Assembly (NCBI GenBank): GCA_040954595.2 | Contig: CM082596.2 | Location: 8,631,124 to 8,695,123 of the forward strand | Origin: Balanoglossus misakiensis | Taxonomy: Eukaryota > Animalia > Hemichordata | DNA: 64,000 bases | Direction: 5' to 3' | Shown: piece by piece, positions 23,487 through 35,339 of the stretch | Position numbering within the stretch: position 1 is the stretch's first letter | Layout of the letters: every line of letters starts with the position of its first letter | The notes under the pieces: generated by a model | Told to the model about the DNA's origin: nothing | Databases searched by the model: none | Seen by the model: only the letters and a program-made list of their open reading frames with translations | Program-made: the position numbers and the translations under genes

Positions 23487-26400
23487 GAAGAAAAATCCCA
23501 GTAATACCAATAGGGCCCAAGCCTGCTGGGCTTGGGCCCTAAATATAGCTGCAAGCAGCGATGACGGGCCCAAGCTGAAGCCGAAGGTCAAAGGTCATAT
23601 GTGGTCACCCAAAATTTGGGCAAAACGTTTTGATCCCAATACTAGTCCAGGTCCAACAGAAACCAGACCTCTAGTCCTATTGGCTTGTCTGAAATTAGAT
23701 ATGCGCATAATTAATGATGTAAAGTGTAAGACTCCATTAATAGTTCAATCCATCCAAACACAAATGCTGTACCTGTTCTGGATGCCGAGATATAGGAAAG
23801 TAGGTCAAAGGTCACCTGAGGCCACCCGAAAGTTGGGCAAAAAATTTTGACCCCATACTAGTCCAGGTCCAAGAAAAAACAGACCTGTAACCCTATTGGT
23901 TCGCCTGGAATTAGATATGCACATAATTAATGACGTAAAGTATATGGCTCCATTAGAAGTTCCATGCCTCCAAATGCCAAGGCTGTATCTGCGTTGGTTG
24001 TCGAGATATGGTAAAGTAGGTCAAAGGTCACCTGAGGTCACCCAAAATTGGGCAAGAAATTTAACCCCATACTGGTCCATGTTCAATAAAAATCAAACCT
24101 CTAGCCCTATTGGCTAGCCTGGAATTAGGTATGCACATAATTAATGAGATAAGCAGGTGTCACAGGTGACCCCCAATTTTGTCTTTTCAATTTTAGTCAC
24201 AACCCTCCAAACGCCAAGTCTGTACCTGCTGTGGATGCCGAGATATAGGAAAGTAGGTCAAAGGTCACCTGAGGTCACCCAAAATTTGGGCAAAAATTTT
24301 TGATCCCATACTGGTCCATGTCTCACAAGAACAAAATCTCTAGCTGTATTAGTTAGCCTGGAATTAGGTATGCACATAATTAATGAGTTAAGCAGGTGTT
24401 ACAGGTGAGCCTAAAATGTTGCCTTTTATTTTGGTGCCATTGTGCTCACTTACCAATAGACAGTCACTATACAGGACTATTGCACAGACCACAATTCCAC
24501 AATAAGACATGGACATAGCTTAACTATAGAGGTATAAGTAAAGGTATAAATTTAATAGAAAAATTAATATAAAAAAATCGGTCGATTTTTCATATTATTT
24601 TTTTCCGCTTAAAATTATTGACAATTGCTAGGCTAGCTGCACACCAAAGTTGGACTTGATCGGCCAAACAGATTTTGAGATATGTATGCATATATATCCA
24701 TAATATGTGGTCATAGCTTTACTATGAAAAGTATAGGCCCATGGCTTGGGCGAAAAATATGGAAAATAATACTTAAAAATCTTCTTCTCAAAATTGAGCT
24801 GGCCTATGGCCTCGACATTTGGCATGTAGAACCCTGGCCATATGGTCCGTAAAACTTTGATATGTCCATTCATATGCAAATTAGGCTGATTAAAAATTTT
24901 TGCCCATATATGGTCATCAGGTCACATGACTAATTAAACATTCACAAGGGTACAGCTCTAGCTCTCATTGGCCTGCACCATTGTGCTAAGTTTGAAATTG
25001 GTAGGTTCAGCCATTTTCCAGATCTAGCTCGCCAAAAAAACGACACAAGAAGAAAAAAAAATATAGCTGCAAGCAGCAATAGCGGGCCCAAGCCAACATA
25101 GCACATAGCAACATAGCAATAAGCATATCTGCTCTTGATATGGAAAAATATGTCAAAGGTCACCTGAGGTCATGCAAAAATTTGGGCAAGAAATTTTGAC
25201 TCTATACTGGTCCATGTTCAACAAAAACCAAACCTATAGCCCTATTGGTTAGCCTGGAATTAGGTATGCACATAATTAATGAGATATGCGGGTGTCACAG
25301 GTGACCCCCATTTTGGCTTTTCAATTTTAGTCCCAACCCTCCAAACACCAAGTCTGTACCTGCTCTGGATGCAGAGATATGGTAAAGTAGGTCAAAGGTC
25401 ACCTGAGGTCATACAAAATTTGGGCAAGAAATTTTGACCCTATACTGGTCCATGTTCAACAAAAAGCAAACCTATAGCCCTATTGGTTAGCCAGGAATTA
25501 GGTATGCACATAATTAATGAGATATGCAGGTGTCACAGGTGACCCCCATTTTGGCTTTTCAGTTTTAGTCCCAACCCTCCAAACGCCAAGTCTGTACCTG
25601 CTCTGGATGCCGAGATATAGGAAAGTAGGTCAAAGGTCACCTGAGGTCACCCAAAATGTGGGCAAAAATTTTTGACCCTATACTGGGCCATGTCCCACAA
25701 GAACGAAACCTCTAGCCCTCTTAGTTAGCCCAGAATTAGGTATGCACATAATTAATGAGTTAAGCAGGTGTTACAGGTGAGCCTAAAATTTTGCCTTTTA
25801 TTTTGGTGCCATTATGCTCACTGACCAATAGACAGTCACTGTACAGGACTATTGCACAGACCAGAATTCCACAATAAGACGTGGACATAGCTTAACCATA
25901 GAGGTATAAGTAAAGGTATAAATTTAATAAAAAAATTAATATAAAAAAATCGGTTGATTTTTCATATTATTTTTTTTCTCTTAAAATGATTGACAAATGC
26001 TAGGCTAGCTGCACACCAAAGTTGGAGATGATCGGCCGAACAGATTTTGAGATATGTATGCATATTTATCGAAAATAATATGTGGTCATAGCTTTACTAT
26101 GTAAAGTATAGGCCCATGGCTTGGGCGAAAAATATGAAAAATAATACTTAAAAATCTTCTTCTCAAAATTGACATGGCCTATGGCCTTGACATTTGGCAT
26201 GTAGGACACTGACCACATGGTCCGCGAAAATCGCTAAAAGAATTTAGATATCTCCATTAATATGCAAATTAGGCCCTTTTGAAAACTTTGCCCATATATG
26301 GTCATCAGGTCACGTGACTAATTAAACATTCACAAGGGTACTGCACTAGCTCTCATTGGCCTGCACCATTGTGCCAAGTTTGAAATCTGTAGGTTTAGCC

Positions 26401-29400
26401 GTTTTCCAGATCTAGCTGGCCGAAAAAACTACACAAGAAAAAAAAAAAGAAGAAGAAGTAGAAGATTAAAGCTGCGAGCAGCATTGTCGGGCCCAAGCGC
26501 TGATCTTGAATTATATATGCACAGTATGAATTAGAAGAAACAGAATTTTCTATCGGATGTATTATCTCATGACATAACAAGGATGTGGGTATTTTTGCTG
26601 CTGAAATAGGGTGAAGTAGGTCAAAGGTCACCTGAGGTCACCCAACATTTGGGCAATTTTTTTTTACCCATACTGGTCCATGTCCAACAAAAACCAAAAC
26701 TCTAGCTCTATTGGTTCACCTGTAATTAGGTATGTGCATATTTAATGAGGTCAGCAGGTGTCACAGGTGACCCAAAAATTTGGCTTTACATTTTGGTCCC
26801 ATCCTACCAAATGCAATGGCTGTATCTGCTCTGGATGCTGAGATATGAGAAAGTAGGTCAAAGGTCACCAGAGGTCACCCAACATTTGGGCAAAAAAATT
26901 TGATCCCATACTGGTCCATGTCCAACAAAAACAAAACCTCTAGCTCTATTGGTTCGCCTGTAATTAGCTATGTACATAATTAATGAGGTCAGCTGAGGTC
27001 AAAGGGGTCATGAAAAGTAGCAAAATATTTTGATCACACACTAATTCACATTCATCAAAAACCAAACGTCTAGCCCTATAGGTTAGCCTGGAATTAGATA
27101 TGCAGAAATAATAACGCGTGATAAGTAGGTCAAAGGTCATGTGAAAAATCGCAAAAAAATTGTAACATATTTTAGTCACATGACGATTGATATCCATAAA
27201 AACAATTTGTATGCTATCAAATTTTAGACTAGAAAAAGGAATTTCAAATTTTCACTGCTTTTTACAAAATCCAATATGGCCGCCATAATCTTCGACCAAT
27301 CACAATGCTCTTTGCAAACTTGATAGACATCAGTGTAGTGACCATACTCCCCGAATCTTGCAACTCAGTCATCGCCCGTTCTGGAGAAGAAGATTTTTGG
27401 AGTTTAACTATGGTTTTTCGTAAATCCAATATGGCCGCCATAATCTTCGACCAATCACAATGATCTTCGCAAACTTGATAGACATCAGTTAGGTGACCAC
27501 ATACCCCAAACCCCGTGTCTCGGTTATCACCGGTTCTGGAGAAGAAGATTTTTGAAATTTTGACCAGATTTCAGAAAAACAACTGTAGCAAAAAAACTGC
27601 AACATTGACAGCAAAATATCCAATTACAAAAATGATGGGCAGAAGGTACACTACCTGCACACCAAATCTGAAGTCGATCTGACTTGTAGTTTCTGAGATC
27701 TGAGATTTGCATTTTTTCAGAAAATCCAATATGGCCACCAGGTCACGTGACTAATTACGTATTCACAAGTCACTGCACATCTACTCATTGACCTTGACCA
27801 CTGTAGCAAGTTTGAGCAGTGTACCTGCAGTAGTTTCTGAGATTTAGTTGGCCGAAGAATTGACACAAGAAAAAAGAAAGAAAGAAAGATTAAAGCTGCG
27901 AGCAGCATTGTCGGGCCCAAGCGCTGATCTTGAATTATATATGCACAGTATGAATTAGAAGAAACAGAATTTTCTATCGGATGTATTATCTCATGACATA
28001 ACAAGGATGTGGGTATTTTTGCTGCTGAAATAGGGTGAAGTAGGTCAAAGGTCACCTGAGGTCACCCAACATTTGGGCAATTTTTTTTTACCCATACTGG
28101 TCCATGTCCAACAAAAACCAAAACTCTAGCTCTATTGGTTCACCTGTAATTAGGTATGTGCATATTTAATGAGGTCAGCAGGTGTCACAGGTGACCCAAA
28201 AATTTGGCTTTACATTTTGGTCCCATCCTACCAAATGCAATGGCTGTATCTGCTCTGGATGCTGAGATATGAGAAAGTAGGTCAAAGGTCACCAGAGGTC
28301 ACCCAACATTTGGGCAAAAAAATTTGATCCCATACTGGTCCATGTCCAACAAAAACAAAACCTCTAGCTCTATTGGTTCGCCTGTAATTAGCTATGTACA
28401 TAATTAATGAGGTCAGCTGAGGTCAAAGGGGTCATGAAAAGTAGCAAAATATTTTGATCACACACTAATTCACATTCATCAAAAACCAAACGTCTAGCCC
28501 TATAGGTTAGCCTGGAATTAGATATGCAGAAATAATAACGCATGATAAGTAGGTCAAAGGTCATGTGAAAAATCACAAAAAAATTGTAACATATTTTAGT
28601 CACATGACGATTGATATCCATAAAAACAATTTGTATGCTATCAAATTTTAGACTAGAAAAAGGAATTTCAAATTTTCACTGCTTTTTACAAAATCCAATA
28701 TGGCCGCCATAATCTTCGACCAATCACAATGCTCTTTGCAAACTTGATAGACATCAGTGTAGTGACCATACTCCCCGAATCTTGCAACTCAGTCATCGCC
28801 CGTTCTGGAGAAGAAGATTTTTGGAGTTTAACTATGGTTTTTCGTAAATCCAATATGGCCGCCATAATCTTCGACCAATCACAATGATCTTCGCAAACTT
28901 GATAGACATCAGTTAGGTGACCACATACCCCAAACCTCGTGTCTCGGTTATCACCGGTTCTGGAGAAGAAGATTTTTGAAATTTTGACCAGATTTCAGAA
29001 AAACAACTGTAGCAAAAAAACTGCAACATTGACAGCAAAATATCCAATTACAAAAATGATGGGCAGAAGGTACACTACCTGCACACCAAATCTGAAGTCG
29101 ATCTGACTTGTAGTTTCTGAGATCTGAGATTTGCATTTTTTCAGAAAATCCAATATGGCCGCCAGGTCACGTGACTAATTACGTATTCACAAGTCACTGC
29201 ACATCTACTCATTGACCTTGACCACTGTAGCAAGTTTGAGCAGTGTACCTGCAGTAGTTTCTGAGATTTAGTTGGCCGAAGAATTGACACAAGAAAAAAG
29301 AAAGAAAGAAAGATTAAAGCTGCAAGCAGCATTGTCGGGCCCAAGCGCTGATCCGGTATTATATATGCACAGTATGAATGAGAAGAAACAGAATGCTCTA

Positions 29401-30721
29401 TCAGGTGTTTTATCTCATGACATAACAAGGACGTATGTATTTTTCCTGCTGAAATAGAGTAAAGTAGGTCAAAGGTCACCTGAGGTCACCCAACATTTGG
29501 GCAAAATTTATTGACCAATACTGTACCATGTCCAACAAAAACCAAAACTCTAGCTCTATTGGTTCGCCTGTAATTAGGTATGTGCATATTTAATGAGGTC
29601 AGCAGATGTTACAGGTGACCCAAAAATGTGGCTTTACATTTTGGTCCCATCCTACCAAATGCCATGGCTGTATCTGCTCTGGATGCTGAGATATGCGAAA
29701 GTAGGTCAAAGGTCACCAGAGGTCACCCAACATTTGGGCAAAAAATTTTGATCCCATACTGGTCCATGTCCAACAAAAACCAAACCTCTAGCTCTATTGG
29801 TTCGCCTGTAATTAGCTATGCACATAATTAATGAGGTCAGCTGAGGTCAAAGGGGTCATGAAAAGTAGCAAAATATTTTGATCACACACTAATCCAAATT
29901 CATCAAAAACCAAACGTCTAGCCCTATAGGTTAGCCTGGAATTAGATATGCAGAAATAATAATGCGTGATAAGTAGGTCAAAGGTCATGTGAAAAATCGC
30001 CAAAAAATTGTATAATATTTTAGTCACATGACGATTGATATCCATAAAAAGAATTTGTATGCTATCAATTTTTAGACTAGAAAAAGGAATTTCAATTTTT
30101 CACTGCTTTTTACAAAATCCAATATGGCCGCCATAATCTTCGACCAATCACAATGTTCTTTGCAAACTTGATAGACATCAGTGTAGTGACCATACTCCCC
30201 GAATCTTGCAACTCAGTCATCTCCCGTTCTGGAGAAGAAGATTTTTGGAGTTTAACTATGGTTTTTCGAAAATCCAATATGGCCGCCATAATCTTCGACC
30301 AATCACAATGATCTTCGCAAACTTGATAGACATCAGTTAGGTGACCACATACCCCAAACCCCGTGTCTCGGTTATCACCGGTTCTGGAGAAGAAGATTTT
30401 TGAAATTTAAGCCAGATTTCAGAAAAAAAATTGTAGCAAAAAAACTGCAACATTGACAGCAAAATTTCCAATTACAAAAATGATGGGTAGAAGGTAGTCT
30501 ACCTGCATGCCAAATTTGAAGTCGATCTGACTTGTAGTTTCTGAGATCTGAGATTTGCATTTTTTCAAAAAATCCAATATGGCCGCCAGGTCACGTGACT
30601 AATTAAGTATTCACAAGTCACTGCACATCTACTCATTGACCTTGACCATTGTAGCAAGTTTGAGAAGTGTACCTGCAGTAGTTTCAGAGATCTCGTTGGC
30701 CGAAGAATTGACACAAGAATA

Positions 30722-30754
<33 letters not shown>

Positions 30755-33108
30755 TAAAGCTGCAAGCAGCATTGTCCGGGCCCAAGCTCTATTATCTGAT
30801 CTGATTATTAGATATGCACATAATTAATGAGTAGAAACATAATGCTGTGTTTTATCCCATGAAATATCAAGGTTATATCTTTGTTTGGTGTTGATATAGT
30901 GTAAAGTAGGTCAAAGGTCACCCAGAGGTCACCCACAATTTGGGCAGAAAATTTTGACCCATAGTGGTCCATGTCCAACAAAAACCAGACCTCTAGCCCT
31001 TTTGGTTAGCCCGGAATTACGTATGCACATAAATAATGAGTAAAGCAGGTGTCCCAGGTGACCCAAAACTTTTGCTTTTCATTATGGCCCCATACCTCCA
31101 AACGCCAAGGCTGTATCTGCTGTGGATGTCGAGATATGCAAAAGTAGGTCAAAGGTCATCTGAGGTCACCCAAAATTTGGGCAAAAATTTTGACCCATAG
31201 TGGTCCATGTCCAACAAAAACCAGACCTCTAGCCCTTTTGGTTAGCCCGGAATTAGTTATGCACATAAATAATGCGTAAAGCAGGTGTCACAGGTGACCC
31301 AAAACTTTGGCTTTTCATTATGGCCCCATACCTCCAAATGCCAAGGCTGTACCTACTTTGGATGCCGATATATGCAAAAGTAGGTCAAAGGTCACCCGAG
31401 GTCACCCAACATTTGGGCAGAAAATTTTGACCCATAGTGGTCCATGTCCAACAAAAACCAGACCTCTAGCCATTTTGGTTAGCCCGGAATTAGGTATGCA
31501 CATAAATAATGAGTAAAGCAGGTGTCACAGGTGACCCAAAACTTTGGCTTTTCATTATGGCCCCATACCTCCAAACGCCAAGGCTGTATCTTGTGTGGAT
31601 GTCGAGATATGCAAAAGTAGGTCAAAGGTCACCCGAGGTCACCCAACATTTGGGCAAAATATTTTGACCCCATACTGGTCCATGTATAACAAAAACAAAA
31701 CCTCTAGGTCTATTGGTTCATCTGTAATTAGGTATATGCATATTTAATGAGGTCACCAGAGGTCAAAGGGGTCATGAAAAGTAGCAAAATTTTTTGATCA
31801 CATACAAATCCACATACATCAAAAACCAAACTTATAGCCCTATTGGTTAGCCTGGAATTAGATATGCAGAAAAATGATGCGTCAAAAGTAGGTCAAAGGT
31901 CATTGCCAAAATTACCAAAATATTTATAGGTTATTCTTGTCATATGATGATTCATATCCATAAAAAGAATTTCTGTGCTATCAATTTTTAGGCTAGAAAA
32001 GGAATTTTTACTTTTTAATCGTTTTTCACAAAATCCAATATGGCCGCCATAATCTTCGACCAATCACATTCCCCTTCGCAAACTTGATAGACATCTGTTT
32101 AATGACCACACACACCAAATCTTGTGACTCGGTTATCGCCCGTTCTGGAGGAGAAGATTTTTGAAGTTTTACTATGGTTTTTCGAAAATCCAATATGGCC
32201 GCCATAATCTTCGACCAATCACAATGATCTTCGCAAACTTGATAGACATCAGTTAGGTGACCACATACCCCAAACGGCGTGACTCGGTTATCGCCGGTTC
32301 TGGAGAAGAAGATTTTTGAAATTTTGACCAGATTTCAGAAAAACAACTGTAGCAAAAAAACTGCAACATTGACAGCAAAATATCCAATTACAAAAATGAT
32401 GGGCAGAGGGTATACTACCAGCACGCCAAATCTGAACTCGATCTGACTTGTAGTTTCTGAGATCTGAGATTTGCATTTTTTCAGAAAATCCAATATGGCC
32501 GCCATGTCACGTGACTAATTAAGTATTCACAAGTCACTGCACATCTACTCATTGACCTTGACCACTGTAGCAAGTTTGAGAACTGTACCTGCAGCGGTGT
32601 CTGAGATCTAGAGCGCGAAAGAAGTGAACCAAGAATAAAGAAAGAAAGAAAGAAAGAAAAACCCCAACGAAACCAATACGGGCCCAAGCCTGGCTTGGCT
32701 TGGGCCCGTAAAAAATTCCAACGAAACCAATAGGGCCCAAGCGCTTGCTTGCGCTTGGGCCCTAAAAAACCCCAACGAAACCAATAGGGCCCAAGCGCAA
32801 GCAAGCGCTTGGGCCCTAAAAAACCCCAACGAAACCAATAGGGCCCAAGCGCAAGCAAGCGCTTGGGCCCTAAAAAACCAGGATAATAACAATAGGGCCC
32901 AAGCGCTGCATGCGCTTGGGCCCTAAAAAAAAAAAAAAAAAGTAGAAGAAAAACCAGGATAATACCAATAGGGCCCAAGCGCTGGTATGCGCTTGGGCCC
33001 TAAAAACCAGGATAATACCAATAGGGCCCAAGCGCTGCATGCGCTTGGGCCCTAAAAAACCCCAGTAATACCAATAGGGCACAAGCCTGCTTGGCTTGTG
33101 CCCTAAAA
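19145..33108 (+). mobile_element. Nested stack of nine Helentron-associated (HINE/DINE-1-like) non-autonomous elements
   Basis: 5' ends (TATAGCTGCAAGCAGC or TTAAAGCTGC..GGGCCCAAGC) at ~19145, 20500, 22063, 23542, 25060, 26464, 27889, 29312 and 30752. Each has ~238-bp internal tandem repeats and an AAG/AAAG microsatellite. 3' GGGCCCAAGC..GCTTGGGCCC hairpins: one at 23494-23541 and eight at 32660-33108. No TSDs and no coding capacity. Confidence 0.85.
32660..33108 (+). repeat. Eight consecutive ~54-bp terminal hairpin modules (stacked element 3' ends)
   Basis: CCAATAGGGCCCAAGC-loop-GCTTGGGCCCTAAAAA x8 with variable loops. Confidence 0.92.
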
Positions 33109-33409
33109 ATAGCCTTCCAAAACATAATGAAAGACCACGGAATTCTATTTTGTGGTAACGTTATCAAAAAGTGACTGACCCCCATTAAAATGGAAATGTG
33201 GGTATTGCTGGAGCGCCCTCTGTTATGTAGATTAAGTTTGCTATTGTTTTCGTGACCATGTGTGTTTATCGTTTACTTTAGTAATTTGAATATTTGCGTG
33301 ACCAGGTGTGATGCATTCATTACTTTTCTTGTATAAAAGCGTGCACGTTGCCACGTCTCTGCTGATTTGGACTGGCCCTTGTGAGCTGTGTTCCGTTCCT
33401 CACCGACTT

Positions 33410-33800
33410 GGAAGCTTTGCTGTGTCTCATGTTGTACTGGTCTGGAAGCCGCGCCTAGAAGCCGTGCTGTCTCATGTTGTACTGGTCTGGAAGCCGCGCC
33501 TAGAAGCCGTGCTGTCTCATGTGGAACTGGTCTGGAAGCCGCGCCTAGAAGCCGTGCTGTCTCATGTGGAACTGGTCTGGAAGCCGTGCTGTCTCATGTG
33601 GAACTGGTCTGGAAGCCGCGCCTAGAAGCCGTGCTGTCTCATGTTGTACTGGTCTGGAAGTCGCGCCTAGAAGCCGTGCTGTCTCATGTGGAACTGGTCT
33701 GGAAGCCGCGCCTGGAAGCCGTGCTGTCTCATGTGGAACTGGCCTGGAAGCCGCGCCTAGAAGCCGTGCTGTCTCATGTGGAACTGGTGTGGAAGTCGTG
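33410..33800. repeat. 45-bp minisatellite (GAAGCCGTGCTGTCTCATGTGGAACTGGTCTGGAAGCCGCGCCTA), ~9 copies
   Basis: Direct reading. A two-copy version occurs in the adjacent duplicate at ~34180-34270. Confidence 0.92.
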
Positions 33801-34345
33801 CAGTCTACCGGTGGATTTTGCCAGAGCGCTACTCGGACTGAACGTCGCCGTCGGAACTGTCGCGGTGTTGTCGCGTTCGTCGTAAGCTACGGAACTTTGG
33901 ACTTTAGTCTTACATTTCCACACCTGGTCACATTTAAGGTAGTCACTTATTTTTGTGGGTTTTTTTTTCAGTGTAAAATCATTTCCAAAAGTAAGGAAAT
34001 AACGTGTGGTGTGACTATATCATGTATATTGTTGACCGTCTTTCGTAATTTGAATATTTGCGTGACCAGGTTTGATGCATTGATTACTTTTCTCCTATAA
34101 AAGCGTGCACGTTGCCACGTTGTGCCGTCGCTGCTAATTTGGACTGGTCCGTGTGAGCTGTGTTCCGTTCCTCGCCGGCTTGGAAGCTGTGCCGTATCTC
34201 ATGTGGAACTGGTCTGCGTCTGGAAGCGCCGCGTCTAGAAGCCGTGCTGTCTCATGTGGAACTGGTCTGGACGCCATGCAGTCTACCGGTGGATTTTGCC
34301 AGAGCGCTACTCGGACTGAAGTCGACGTCGGAACCTGTCGCGGTG

Positions 34346-34803
34346 TAGTCTCGGTTACCCAGACGCCTTTGCTCTTCCGATGCTCTCCAGAAAAAGGGTC
34401 TGGGGAAATGCTATTGAAAGCTTTGTAAAACAAAATGGCCGATGTCAGGATTTTGATCATCGCCTGATTGGCTGAACTGTCAGTATGACCCGGGTCACTG
34501 ACTCTCGACAATGTGTGATTATTTGTCGTATCTTCATATCAAGAGACCGGTACTTGTTGGTTGATGCGAAAGGCAAAAGGCGTCCTCTGTTAGCATTGTT
34601 GGAGAAATTATATGAAATATCTTTGGTAGACGATTGTCGAAACTATTGCGGTGACCCGGGTCATACTGACAGCTCAGCCAATCAGGCGATGATCAAAATC
34701 CTGACATCGGCCATTTTGTTTTACAAAGCTTTCAATAGCATTTCCCCAGACCCTTTTTCTGGAGAGCATCGGAAGAGCAAAGGCGTCTGGGTAACCGAGA
34801 CTA
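34346..34803. mobile_element. MITE with ~155-bp TIRs, TAG..CTA termini and 9-bp TSD (AcademH- or MULE-type)
   Basis: TSD GTCGCGGTG at 34337-34345 and 34804-34812. The empty site is present in the sister duplicate at ~33859. Confidence 0.9.
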
Positions 34804-35339
34804 GTCGCGGTGTTGTCGCGTTCGTCGTAAGCTAGTGCTACGGAACATTGGACTTTAGTCTTTCATTTCCACACCTGGTCACATTTAAGGTAGTCTCCTA
34901 TTTTTGTGTTGTTTTTTTTCAGTGTAAAATCATTTTATCTTTATCAATGGTTTAGTTGTAATAATTAAAAGTTTCCATAAGTAAGGAAATAACGTTGTGG
35001 TGTGACTTTTGTTGACCGTCTTGCGACGTCCAGGGACATTTGCATATGATTTATAAGGCTATTCAGATGCTAATTTTTAACTTTGCATATAAATGTTAAT
35101 TTAGGTGCTATGCATTTTTTGTCGTTTTATTGTAAAATAAGAGAAGTCAGTCCTGTTTCAAGAGTCCTTGATCTCACAATTTGTTGTTTTAATATTGACA
35201 GCTTTAGTATTTTCTTCATAGCTTTGATTTAATGACAAATAAAACGTGTGACCTTGATTAAAGAGCAACCTATCGACCAAACCAAACATAAAGTTTTGTT
35301 GAGCTTGATACCGTCCAAAGTTCCGGGCCGACAGCCAAT

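Larger units (their letters stand above)
33281..35020. repeat. Diverged tandem duplication (~33281-34040 and ~34044-35020)
   Basis: Shared GTAATTTGAATATTTGCGTGACCAGG..TATAAAAGCGTGCACGTTGCCACGT..CTACGGAAC..CACACCTGGTCACATTTAAGG. Confidence 0.8.

Noticed and set aside
32660-33108. Palindromic repeats with variable intervening sequence, resembling a CRISPR array
   Set aside because: The variable parts are short hairpin loops and near-identical linkers, not unique spacers. There are no cas genes, the context is eukaryotic, and stacked transposon ends explain the structure.
19198-33185. Short ORFs across the nested element block
   Set aside because: They recur with the repeat period, have no domain motifs and end at variable stops. 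Non-coding.
33308-34100. Repetitive proteins (VLSHVELVWKPRLEA / SCGTGLEAAPRSRAV)
   Set aside because: A by-product of a stop-free 45-bp minisatellite, with no splice or homology support.
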